Of a DNA stretch of 64,000 bases, positions 47,901-56,530 are shown one piece after another. Origin of the DNA: Planctomycetota bacterium (lineage in GTDB: Bacteria; Planctomycetota; GCA-002687715; CAIWVZ01); assembly GCA_044222185.1 (NCBI GenBank), contig JBGANV010000006.1, positions 160,001 to 224,000 of the forward strand, read 5' to 3'. How positions within the stretch are numbered: position 1 is the first letter of the stretch; the number at the start of each line of letters is the position of its first letter. A model generated the notes under the pieces. That model worked only from the letters and a program-made list of their open reading frames with translations. It had not been told where the DNA came from and made no database searches. Made by a program: the position numbers and the translations under genes.

Positions 47901-49052
47901 GCTCGTGAGCCGGGCACCGCCGTCGGCGTCTTCGCCCTGGACGCCGAGCCAGGCTTTCGACGCCTGCGGTCCCATTCCGATCTTCTCGCAGTCGATGATC
48001 GCGTAGACGATGTTCGGGTTCTTGCGATACCACTCGACGTCGGTGCGGCCGAACTTGCTCGACGGAAGTCCCTTCGTCAGGTGCTTGAACGTGCGACCGC
48101 CGTCGGTCGTCTTGTAGAAGCCGGCGTGCTCACCCCATTTGAACGACGGGTCGTAGCCGTCATACCCCTCGGGGATCGGCGGCGTGCCCCGGTGGCTGTC
48201 GAAGCCGTCGCGCTCGCGCGCCCACATGGCGACGATCAGCGTGTCCGGATCGGCCGGGCTCATGGCGATGTCGATGACACCCGTGCGGTCGTCCAGGTAG
48301 AGGATCTTCTGCCAGGTCTTGCCGCCGTCCGTCGTCTTGTAGAGGCCACGGTCTTCGTTCGGCCCGTACAGGCGGCCGAGCGCGCCGACGTACACGACGT
48401 CCGGGTTCGTGGGGTGGATCGCGATGCGACCCGTCTGCCAGGTCTTCTTCAGACCCATGTTCGTCCAGGTCTTGCCGCCGTCGACCGACTTGTAGACCCC
48501 GTCGCCGTAGCTCACCGAGTTTCGCGGGTTCCCTTCACCCGTGCCAACCCAGACGATGTTCTTGTCCGACTGCGAAACGGCGACGTCGCCGATGGACACG
48601 GTGGACTCGCGGTCGAACTGGTGCTCGAACGTGACGCCGTTGTTCGTCGTCTTCACGAGGCCGCCTGATGCAGTCGCGACCCAGAACGTGGAAGGGTCGG
48701 GCTCGAACACCGAGATGGCCGTGATGCGACCGCCCATGCCCGCGGGTCCGATGGATCGCCACTTCAGCGTCTTCGCCCAGTCGTCCGGCAGCACGGCGGC
48801 AGCGTTGGCGTCGACCCGCGGCGTGGTGCTCGTGGGCGCGCGCTTCTCCATCTCGTCGACGCGCTTCTTGATCGCCTCCAGCTCCTTCTTGACGTCCTCG
48901 ATCTCGCGATCGGTGCGAGGCGTCGTCCGGGGCCGGGCGTCCGGCGCCTCCTCCTGGGCGCGGAGGTTCGCGACGAGCGAGAGGGCGACGAGAGCGGCAA
49001 TGAGAGGCCGGATGGCTCGCACCTTTGCGGCGCGAGCGAGCGTCGTTTTCAT
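44925..49052 (-). CDS. Secreted VPS10/BNR (Asp-box) beta-propeller protein with three inserted PDZ domains
   Basis: WRSIGPA.MGGRI, repeated S.DGG.TW Asp-boxes, GLQDNGSW, ATHGRS.W; three [LF]G...[SG][PS]..AG....D.I PDZ units at about 47085-47957; FlgD-like C-terminus. Start 49052 (alternative 49061). Confidence 0.85.
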   Translation of the reverse strand: MKTTLARAAKVRAIRPLIAALVALSLVANLRAQEEAPDARPRTTPRTDREIEDVKKELEAIKKRVDEMEKRAPTSTTPRVDANAAAVLPDDWAKTLKWRSIGPAGMGGRITAISVFEPDPSTFWVATASGGLVKTTNNGVTFEHQFDRESTVSIGDVAVSQSDKNIVWVGTGEGNPRNSVSYGDGVYKSVDGGKTWTNMGLKKTWQTGRIAIHPTNPDVVYVGALGRLYGPNEDRGLYKTTDGGKTWQKILYLDDRTGVIDIAMSPADPDTLIVAMWARERDGFDSHRGTPPIPEGYDGYDPSFKWGEHAGFYKTTDGGRTFKHLTKGLPSSKFGRTDVEWYRKNPNIVYAIIDCEKIGMGPQASKAWLGVQGEDADGGARLTSITPKSPARAAGLKADDLVTAVGKRTIDAWAPLSEEIRARQPGDVLPVKVVRGDETLSFDVKLEERPLSVAATASVGPAAPYLGINGEEVPDGLRVTTVAEDSPGDRAGVKVDDVLRAFGDETVTNSEQLSELVRVQKPGDKITLTVGRGGETVQLTATLIERAAGGPGGPGGGGGGGRMGAFGGTGGGVLGAYFGAFVREQDNVGPTIMRVTEDGSADKAGLMDGDVIKECDGKAITTAEGFTELLGAKKEGDTVTVKVEREKQLKEIPVKLESAAATRLRPYGFMYAGQMPNVQASQGDSGHEYGGIYRSTDGGESWTRINSLNPRPMYFSQIRVDPSDDRYIYVAGVSMHRSSNGGKTFTADGGNRVHADFHALWIDGRDGRHMITGCDGGYYATWDRMKTWEHLNHMALGQFYHVAVDSRRPYHVYGGLQDNGSWGGPARTLSGDGILNEDWISVGGGDGFVCRIDPFDPDIVYSESQDGAMSRRNIKTGESSRIAPRPKRGQRYRFNWNTPFIVSSHNPGVFYCGGNYIFRSLKRGDDLKVISPEISRTGRGTATAVSESPMNSDVLWCGTDDGYVWVTKDAGVNWTNVTEKIGLPGARWVATLEASRYAEGRCYVAFDAHRSDDDQPYVYVTEDFGATWQPLRANLPVGSSRCLREDPKNENLLFCGTEFAAWASLDRGKTWTRINANLPTVAIHEFAFQPNGSDVVVATHGRSLWVTDIGALRQMTAAAVNAPATLYEPTPVVRWHSEPSRGGGGGSQRFTGENPGRGATIAYSLTSKAEKVTVKIVDYTGTTLRELEGKTAPGLQQVTWDLSGRGPQRGPGGGAGEAPAAANEPPAARGAGGGRRGAGGRRGAAGGETPTAEAPASRATTQPDTQPASRPARARFGQGGGAPGGFGGGPGGFGRGGRSVPFGTYRVILVVDGHEQEKPLRIEPDPTMPVEIATTLNGEAEDDEDAEMMLDEEEEERREAGGVIDPLEFIPVIRD

Positions 49053-49230
49053 TGGGGTCATGGGCGCAGACTCCCCGAAAGTCGGGAACCAATTCCTTTC
49101 ATCGGGGTCGACACTCTAAACCCGAGATGCGCGAACGGTCGAGAGGGTCGTTCCGTTCTGCGAGGTCGCCGTACGGGGACGGGCGAAGCTCGATACGATC
49201 GCCCCCGTTCCCGAGTGCCTGGAGGACGCC

Positions 49231-50994
49231 ATGAGATCGAAGCTTCCGAGGGTGGAAGGGCCGCAGATTCTGGGATTTCTGAGCAGGTTCCTTCTCATGA
49301 CGGTGGTCGTCACCGTCGCGCTCGCGCAGAAGCCCGACCCCCGATTCATGGCCGATTTCGACTCCCTGGCGAAGACGGTCAAGGAGCACGGCGCCGCGGT
49401 CGTGTCGAAGAAGATCGACTGGGACGCGGTCTGCGCCACCTTCAAGCCGCGCTTCGCGGCATGCACCGACGACGTCACCTGTGTTCGTCTCGCCATGGAG
49501 ATGCTCGCGACGCTCCGCGACAGTCACACGGGGATCACGAAGTCCGCGATCAAGAACGATGCCTTGCCGTCCAAGTGGACCGGGCTCTTCGGAGGCGGTC
49601 TCTGGCTTGGTTGGGAGCAGGGCCGTTGTGTCGTGCGCGGCGTGATGAAGGGACACCCGATCGAGGCGAGCGTGCCGCTCGGGTCCGTGCTGCTCTCGAT
49701 CGCGGGCGAGCCGGCGTGGATCGCGCTCGAGCGGGAGCGGCGGCGTTGCGCGGTGTTCATGGGGATCTCCAGCGATCACAGCTTCTTCGCGTCGCTGGGG
49801 AACCGCATGCTGCCTTTCGGCGACAAGTCGCAGCTCTCGTGCGTCTTCCTCGGGCCCGATGGAAAGGCAAAGACGGTCGACGTTCCGCGCTGGGGTCCGG
49901 GCGGCAAGGCGTTCTACCCGGACGAGGTCTTCCTGCCGGAAGGTGTCGCACACGCGGCGGGCGCGTGCTCGAAGATCCTCACTGGTCCCGCGGGCATGAA
50001 GCTCGGCTACCTGAAGGTGACGGGGTCCATGGACGGTGCGACGGTCACGGCGTTTCACGCCGCCTTCGACGCGCTGAAGGGAATGGACGCCCTCCTGCTC
50101 GACTGTCGCATGATGGGTGGTGGCAGCGACGACTCGGCGTGGCAGATGTGCGGTCGGCTCTTTTCGGCGCCGCGGTCCAACGGCAACCAGCGGACGCTTT
50201 CGCCCACGGGAAGTTGGCAGTTCGACGGCCCCGCCGTGATGCTGCAGGACGAGAGCGAGGTCTCGTCCGCGGAGACGTTCACCTGGGCGCTGAGCGAAAC
50301 GGGCCGCGTGATCTCGGTCGGCCGGACCACGGGTGGTTGGGGGATCATCCCGAATGGGTTCGAACTGCCATCCGGGCTCGCGAGCTATCGCCTCGGCGTC
50401 AACGATCGCGGAACATCGATCCGGGGGATCCACACCGAGGGCGTGGGATGGCCGGCGGACGTCACCGTGCCGCTGGGCCCGAAGGTCTGCGCCGTGGCCG
50501 ATGCACCGCGAGCCATCGGTACCGCCGTGCTCGCGTGCCTTCGCACGGGCGCCGCGGTGGAGGAGACACGCAAGGCGTTCCATGCGCTCGCCGAGGGCGA
50601 CGGCGCGCCGCTGCGGACGCTGTCACAAAAGCTCGGGAAGAAGCCCGGCGTGGATCTGGAGGCGTTGGCGAAGCTCTTCGCCGACGACCTCAAGGCCGAG
50701 ATCGCGAGCGAGATCGCCGCACTCAAGACCGATCAGACGGCGCTCCCCGACGTGGCGAACTGCGCGAAACGCCTTCCGCGCCTCGCGGCCCGGGCGAAGG
50801 CCGCGGGAGGCGCCGGTACCGTCGCCGACCTCGAATCCTCGATGAAGGCGCTGCGGAACGAACAACTCGCGCAGGACGCGTGGCTCGCGCTCTCCGACCC
50901 GTTCTCCCCGGATGCGGCGGTCAAAAAGGCCTTCCTGGCCAAGCATGGCGGGACGAAGACGGGTGTCTTCCTCCGCGAGCACCTTTGGAAGTGA
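49231..50994 (+). CDS. S41 family peptidase (tail-specific-protease-like)
   Basis: L.DSHT, GYL.V, LLLD.R..GGG, SSAETF, GRTT.G, EG.G..ADV. Confidence 0.78.
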   Translation: MRSKLPRVEGPQILGFLSRFLLMTVVVTVALAQKPDPRFMADFDSLAKTVKEHGAAVVSKKIDWDAVCATFKPRFAACTDDVTCVRLAMEMLATLRDSHTGITKSAIKNDALPSKWTGLFGGGLWLGWEQGRCVVRGVMKGHPIEASVPLGSVLLSIAGEPAWIALERERRRCAVFMGISSDHSFFASLGNRMLPFGDKSQLSCVFLGPDGKAKTVDVPRWGPGGKAFYPDEVFLPEGVAHAAGACSKILTGPAGMKLGYLKVTGSMDGATVTAFHAAFDALKGMDALLLDCRMMGGGSDDSAWQMCGRLFSAPRSNGNQRTLSPTGSWQFDGPAVMLQDESEVSSAETFTWALSETGRVISVGRTTGGWGIIPNGFELPSGLASYRLGVNDRGTSIRGIHTEGVGWPADVTVPLGPKVCAVADAPRAIGTAVLACLRTGAAVEETRKAFHALAEGDGAPLRTLSQKLGKKPGVDLEALAKLFADDLKAEIASEIAALKTDQTALPDVANCAKRLPRLAARAKAAGGAGTVADLESSMKALRNEQLAQDAWLALSDPFSPDAAVKKAFLAKHGGTKTGVFLREHLWK

Positions 50995-51184
50995 GGGGCG
51001 CCCGGCGGGTTCCGCCCGTTTCCCTCGGGGGCATCGGGGCGGGCGCGCATCGACTCTCGCGGCAGGGGGACGCGAGGCGACGCCCACCGTCCATTCGCCC
51101 AGGGCGGATTCCCGCCCGCAGATGCAGGTCGCGCCTCCTTCGGTCCGCCTCGGGCGTAGGATTGGGGGCCGATCGGAGTTTGCA

Positions 51185-52243
51185 ATGAACTCACGGTGTC
51201 TGTTTCCGATCTGGGTGATCGTCCTCGTCGTGTCGGCTCGCGGGCAGGGACTAGTCCTCTCCGACGGTGCCTTCTCCGCGTGGAGCTCCGTGTTCGTCGT
51301 GAGCGCCCCCTTCGCGCCGGTGCCCCCCGCACCCGGATCCACGAGCCAGTTCACCGTCGTGAGCGGCGGCAACCCCGGAGCCGCCGCGCGCGTGTCGAAC
51401 ACGGTGGCGACGAACGCGACGATCAGTCACATCCTCATCAACCCGCAAGCCGTCTACGACCCAGCACTCAATGGACCCCTCCTCGGTTCGACGCTCAGAT
51501 TGGATGCGAAGGGGATCTCCTTCACCTTCAACGGCGCCGGGCAGGGCGTTGGGCTGGCGTGCGAGCAGGGCGGGCTTTTGTACGTGAGCGCAGCCGGCAC
51601 CGTCTCCGGCCAGCTCGTGGGGACCTGGGTCTCGCTCCCGCCCGTCACGACCCTGCCGAACCAGTTCGTCGCGGTCGTTCCCGGCTCTCCGCCGCTCGAC
51701 ACGAGCACGTCGGGGTCGCCGATCACGTTCGGATTCGTCGCATCGAACTCGACGTGTCAGAACTGCTCGGGGTACATGACGGTCGTCGCCTACGACAATT
51801 GGACCGTCACGACGGAGAACGCCCCGATCTTCGCCGGAAGTGGCAGTGATCTCCGCCTGCGAACCAGTGTGTCCGCGGTTCCAGCGACGACCCAGTCGAT
51901 CCAGTCGGCGTCGGCCCTCGCTCCGCTCACCGTCGTCCTCGACTCACCGCTCGGCACGCTGGCCGGCTCACCGCTGATCCTCGGCGCGAGTCTCCTCCCG
52001 ACGGGTGCTCCTCCGGCCGCCGCGCCGCCGCTGTGGCTCGACCTGCAGTTCGTGGCGATCCTCGTCGATGGCCTGCAGGCGACGCCTCTTGGCCCGGCGC
52101 AGGTGCTCAGCCCGCTGGGCAATTCGTTCGGCTACGTGATCCCGCCCGGACTTGGCGGAGCCAGCGTCTGGATCCAGGCGGCCGTGGTGCCAGCGTCGGG
52201 CGGCGTGTTCTTCACCGACGCGCATGAAATCCGCGTGCTCTGA
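51185..52243 (+). CDS. Secreted protein with the shared C-terminal domain
   Basis: Signal peptide (ARG|Q), GGNPG and DN motifs, ends IPPGLGGASVWIQAAV...FTDAHEIRVL. Confidence 0.78.
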   Translation: MNSRCLFPIWVIVLVVSARGQGLVLSDGAFSAWSSVFVVSAPFAPVPPAPGSTSQFTVVSGGNPGAAARVSNTVATNATISHILINPQAVYDPALNGPLLGSTLRLDAKGISFTFNGAGQGVGLACEQGGLLYVSAAGTVSGQLVGTWVSLPPVTTLPNQFVAVVPGSPPLDTSTSGSPITFGFVASNSTCQNCSGYMTVVAYDNWTVTTENAPIFAGSGSDLRLRTSVSAVPATTQSIQSASALAPLTVVLDSPLGTLAGSPLILGASLLPTGAPPAAAPPLWLDLQFVAILVDGLQATPLGPAQVLSPLGNSFGYVIPPGLGGASVWIQAAVVPASGGVFFTDAHEIRVL

Positions 52244-52303
52244 CGACGCACGCCGAAGCGTCCCCGCGGGCGCTGCAGAACGACGCGGCGGCGAGTTTCC
52301 CGA

Positions 52304-52957
52304 TCACTCCGGCCGGCGCACGCCGTTCACCGCGACCTCGTAGGCGTGCGTGATGTCGCGCTCGTTCGAGACGGCGATCCCCAGGTCCCGGATGAGTCCG
52401 TTGTCCAGGCCGTAGATCCAGCCGTGGATCGCCAGAGGCTGACCGCGGATCCACGCGTCGCGGACGGCCGTGGTGTTGCACACGTTCACGACCTGCTCGA
52501 TCACGTGCAGTTCGCACAGCCGATCGACGCACGTCTTCTTCGCGATGAACTGCGTGAGGAGTTCCCGGTGCTTCTCGCGCACGTCGCGGATGTGCCCGAG
52601 CCAGTTGTCGATGAGCCCGAGCCGAAGCCCCTCGTAGGCTGCCTGAACGCCACCGCAGCCGTAATGCCCGCACACGATCACGTTGCTCACCTTCAGCACG
52701 TCGATGGCGAACTGGAGCGTGGAGAGACAGTTCAGGTCCGTGTGCGAGACCACGTTCGCCACGTTTCGGTGCACGAAGATCTCGCCGGGAAGCAGCCCGA
52801 CCACCTGGTTGGCGGGGACGCGGCTGTCGGAGCAGCCTATCCACATGTAACCCGGCGCCTGCTGGTGCGAGAGCGTGGTGAAGAACGTGGGGTCCGCGCG
52901 GCGGACGCCCTCCGACCACTGCCTGTTCCGTTCGAGGAGCTGGTTGATGGTGTGCAT
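52304..52957 (-). CDS. can: Beta-class carbonic anhydrase
   Basis: WIGCSDSRVPAN, FVHRNVAN, GHYGCGG. Confidence 0.93.
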   Translation of the reverse strand: MHTINQLLERNRQWSEGVRRADPTFFTTLSHQQAPGYMWIGCSDSRVPANQVVGLLPGEIFVHRNVANVVSHTDLNCLSTLQFAIDVLKVSNVIVCGHYGCGGVQAAYEGLRLGLIDNWLGHIRDVREKHRELLTQFIAKKTCVDRLCELHVIEQVVNVCNTTAVRDAWIRGQPLAIHGWIYGLDNGLIRDLGIAVSNERDITHAYEVAVNGVRRPE

Positions 52958-52973
52958 GGGATGTGCCTGCGCC

Positions 52974-53822
52974 TCAGCGGGATCGGCGCCACCATGCGCC
53001 GGTCCAGTCGACCACGTGGATCGGATCGGTGATCCCCTGTTCGCGGCGGTAGTCCTCGATCGCCTGCTTGCACGCCGGGACGGCGCCGTAGTCGTCGACG
53101 ATGACGAAGCCGCCGGGCGAAACCTTGGGGTAGAGCGGGCGCAGGGCATCCATCGTCGACCCATACATGTCGCCGTCCAACCGGAGCACGGCAAGCTTGT
53201 CGATGGGTGCCTTGGCGAGGGTGTCCGAAAACCACCCCTTCAGGAATCGCACGCGGTCATCGAGCAGGCCGTACCGTTCGAAATTCGCGCGTACCGTCTC
53301 GATCGTGATCGCGAGCTGCTTCCACGTGTGATGGCGATCTCCCGCGTCGGCGGGGTACTTCACGGCGTCCGGCGGCGGCAGTCCCTCGAACGAATCCGCA
53401 AGCCACACGGTGCGGGTGCGATCCCCGAGCGCGGCGAGGACACCGCGCATGAAGATGGACGCGCCCCCGCGCCAGACTCCCGTCTCGATCAAGTCGCCGG
53501 GGACGTTCTCGCGGATCACGGTCGTGATGCACTCCTGGAGATTGCCCAGGCGCTTCAAGCCGATCATGGTCTCCGCCTCGGCCGGCCAGTCCCGGCCCTC
53601 TGCGCGCAGCGCCGGGTCGAAGCGTGACTTCCGCACCACGTGCAGATCCCGGCGCACCATCAGGAGGCGCAGGAGCCCAAGCAGCCCGCGGCGGACCGGC
53701 CCCTTCGGCGGCTTGATCGGATCGAACGTCTCGCCGAACGCGTGGCGCGTGAGCGTCTTCTTCAGCAGGTCCAGGTAGAGATCGGCGGCCGTGCGTGCCG
53801 GGGTGGGTTCAGTCTGCGTCAT
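52974..53822 (-). CDS. TylF/MycF/NovP family O-methyltransferase
   Basis: TMIG.KRL.NL, PGDLIETGVWRGG, ADSFEGLP, GWF.DTL, RLDGDMY.ST, IVDDY. Confidence 0.92.
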   Translation of the reverse strand: MTQTEPTPARTAADLYLDLLKKTLTRHAFGETFDPIKPPKGPVRRGLLGLLRLLMVRRDLHVVRKSRFDPALRAEGRDWPAEAETMIGLKRLGNLQECITTVIRENVPGDLIETGVWRGGASIFMRGVLAALGDRTRTVWLADSFEGLPPPDAVKYPADAGDRHHTWKQLAITIETVRANFERYGLLDDRVRFLKGWFSDTLAKAPIDKLAVLRLDGDMYGSTMDALRPLYPKVSPGGFVIVDDYGAVPACKQAIEDYRREQGITDPIHVVDWTGAWWRRSR

Positions 53823-53965
53823 GGGGTCGGCGCAGGATATCCAGAATCGGGCGCCACGTCGCCGGTGATCGGGCCCGTGGTTCTTCCGGGACGCGTCGCG
53901 TGTGACTGCATCACCCCGGGTATTCTGGCCGCGCGGCGGAGCCCCATCCCCGCGTTGGAACCTGC

Positions 53966-56386
53966 ATGAACCGATCCTCCCGGCATCCGATGTGGTCGCG
54001 TGGCGCCGCCGCCAAAGCCCGGTGCTCGTGGGCGCCACTGCTGATCCTGCTCGTCCTCGCGAGCCTGGCGGCGGCTCAGGACTCCCGGCCGTGGCGGGAT
54101 TGCAACCGCGACGGGGTGCGCGACGCCTACGAGGATCCAACGCTCGCTCCAGAACGGCGAATCGACGATCTGCTCCGGCGCATGACCGTCGACGAGAAGA
54201 CCTGCCAGATGGCGACGCTCTACGGGTTCGGCGCCGTGCTCAAGGATCAGCTCCCAACGGACGCGTGGTCGAGCGAGATCTGGAAGGACGGGATCGCCAA
54301 CATCGACGAGCATCTGAACGGCTTTCGCAAGGAAACGCCGCACGACTGGCCGCCGTCCGCGCACGCCCGGGCCATCAATGCGGTTCAGCGCTGGTTCGCC
54401 GAGAAGACGCGGCTGGGCATCCCCGTGGATTTCACGAACGAGGGCATCCGCGGGCTCTCCGCGGCCCAGTCGACGTGCTTCCCCAATCAACTCGGCATGG
54501 GCGCGACGTGGGACCGGGCGCTCGTGCGACGTCAGGGCGAGATCGTCGGCGCCGAGGCGCGGGCCTTCGGGTTCACCAACGTCTACGCCCCGATCCTCGA
54601 CGTCGCGCGCGATCAGCGGTGGGGTCGGTTCGAGGAGACGTACGGCGAGGACCCGTTCCTCGTTGCGGAACTCGGAATCGAGATGACGCGAGGAATGCAG
54701 AGCCGTCGGTGCGTGTCGACGCCCAAGCACTTCGCCGTGTACAGCGCGAGCAAGGGAGCGCGCGAGGACTACTCGCGCACCGATCCACAGGTGTCGCCGC
54801 ACGAGGTGGAGAACGTGCTCGTCTACCCGTTCCGCCGCGTCTTCTCCGAGGCCGGCGCCCTGGGTGTGATGAGTTCCTACAACGACTATGCGGGGACTCC
54901 GATCACGGGCAGCCGCCATTGGCTGACGGACCGCCTGCGCGGCGAGTTCGGGTTCGAGGGATACGTGGTCTCCGATTCGGACGCGGTGGAGTACATCCAC
55001 TCGAAGCACCACGTGGCGAAGGACTATCGCGAGGCGGTGAAGCAGGCCGTGCTCGCCGGTCTGAACGTGCGAACCACGTTCACGCCGCCGCAGGACTTCA
55101 TCCGTCCGCTGCGGGACCTGGTCGCCACGGGGGAGGTTCCCATGGCGATTCTCGATGCCCGCGTGCGCGACGTTCTCCGGGTGAAGTTCTGGCTCGGACT
55201 GTTCGACGACCCGTACGTCGTGGATCCGGCCGCCAGCGACGCCGTCGTGCGCAGCGCCGATCATCTGGCGATCGCCCGGCGCGCGGCGGGGGAGAGCCTC
55301 ACGCTCTTGAAGAACGAGAGCGCACGCCTGCCGCTCGACCTGAAACACGTGAAACGTATCGCGGTGATCGGCCCGAACGCCAAGGACGAATCGCTCGCGC
55401 GCAAGCAATACGGCCCAAACCGCATGCCCGTCACGACGGTGTTCGATGCGATCGCGGCGCGAGTGGGAGAGAAGGCTGCCGTCGTTCACGAGAAGGGCTG
55501 CGACGCAGTCGACGCAAATTTCCCGGAGTCGGAGGTGTTGCCGGTGCCGCTCGATGCCGGCGAGGTTGCAGCCATCGAGAGCGCCGTCGCCGCTGCGCGC
55601 GGTGCGGACGTCGCGGTCCTCGTCCTCGGCGATTCCGTCCGCACGACCGGAGAGAGCCACAGCCGCACCAGCCTCGACCTGCCCGGGCGGCAGGAAGTGC
55701 TGCTCGAACGTGTGTACGCCACGGGGACCCCCGTCGTGCTCGTCCTCATGAGCGGGAGGCCCGTGACGATCAACTTCGCGCACAAGCACGTGCCCGCGAT
55801 CCTCGCCGCGTGGCTGCCCGGTGCCGAGGGTGGTGCCGCGATCGCCTCCGTGCTCTTCGGCGACGAGGATGCCTCGGGGCGCTCGCCGTGCACGTGGATC
55901 CGCACGGTTGGGCAGATTCCCTACAACTTCCCCACGAAGCCGGCGGCGAATTTCGACCCCATGCGGAAGTACACCGCTCACGTCGGCGGGGTGCTCTGGC
56001 CGTTCGGGCACGGTCTTTCCTACACGACGTTCGACTTCTCCGACCTTTCCATCGAACCGCGAACGCCGGCCCCCGATCAGTCGGTGACGGTCGAGTTTTC
56101 CGTGCGGAACACGGGTGCCCGCGACGGTGTCGCGGTGCCCCAGCTCTACGTTCGCGATCTCGTGAGCTCCGTGACCACTTACGAGCAGTGCCTGCGGGGG
56201 TTCGACCGCCTGCATCTGGCTCCGGGAGAGTCGCGGCGAGTGACGTTCACGCTCGCTCCGGCGCACCTCGAAGTCATCGGTCCGGACGGCCACCGCGCGG
56301 TGGAGCCGGGCGAATTCGAGGTCCAGATCGGCGCGTCGTCGGCCGATATCCGCCTGAAGGGAAAGTTCGAATCCGTCGTCCATTGA
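53966..56386 (+). CDS. Secreted glycoside hydrolase family 3 (beta-glucosidase/xylosidase, BglX-like) with Fn3-like C-terminus
   Basis: TRLGIP, RDQRWGR.EE.YGEDP, KHF, GYVVSD nucleophile, LLKN, PFGHGLSYT, VPQLY. Confidence 0.93.
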   Translation: MNRSSRHPMWSRGAAAKARCSWAPLLILLVLASLAAAQDSRPWRDCNRDGVRDAYEDPTLAPERRIDDLLRRMTVDEKTCQMATLYGFGAVLKDQLPTDAWSSEIWKDGIANIDEHLNGFRKETPHDWPPSAHARAINAVQRWFAEKTRLGIPVDFTNEGIRGLSAAQSTCFPNQLGMGATWDRALVRRQGEIVGAEARAFGFTNVYAPILDVARDQRWGRFEETYGEDPFLVAELGIEMTRGMQSRRCVSTPKHFAVYSASKGAREDYSRTDPQVSPHEVENVLVYPFRRVFSEAGALGVMSSYNDYAGTPITGSRHWLTDRLRGEFGFEGYVVSDSDAVEYIHSKHHVAKDYREAVKQAVLAGLNVRTTFTPPQDFIRPLRDLVATGEVPMAILDARVRDVLRVKFWLGLFDDPYVVDPAASDAVVRSADHLAIARRAAGESLTLLKNESARLPLDLKHVKRIAVIGPNAKDESLARKQYGPNRMPVTTVFDAIAARVGEKAAVVHEKGCDAVDANFPESEVLPVPLDAGEVAAIESAVAAARGADVAVLVLGDSVRTTGESHSRTSLDLPGRQEVLLERVYATGTPVVLVLMSGRPVTINFAHKHVPAILAAWLPGAEGGAAIASVLFGDEDASGRSPCTWIRTVGQIPYNFPTKPAANFDPMRKYTAHVGGVLWPFGHGLSYTTFDFSDLSIEPRTPAPDQSVTVEFSVRNTGARDGVAVPQLYVRDLVSSVTTYEQCLRGFDRLHLAPGESRRVTFTLAPAHLEVIGPDGHRAVEPGEFEVQIGASSADIRLKGKFESVVH

Positions 56387-56530
56387 ATACCGGGGCGGCG
56401 ACCCGCCAGAATCGGCGCCGCCCGAGGGAGGCGGCCTCTCGAGACCGCCGTATCCCCCATCGATCGCAACCCGTTCGGCGACTTCGTGAGCACGAACGCC
56501 GGGAGCCGGGTTCAGACAGAAAGGACTTCC

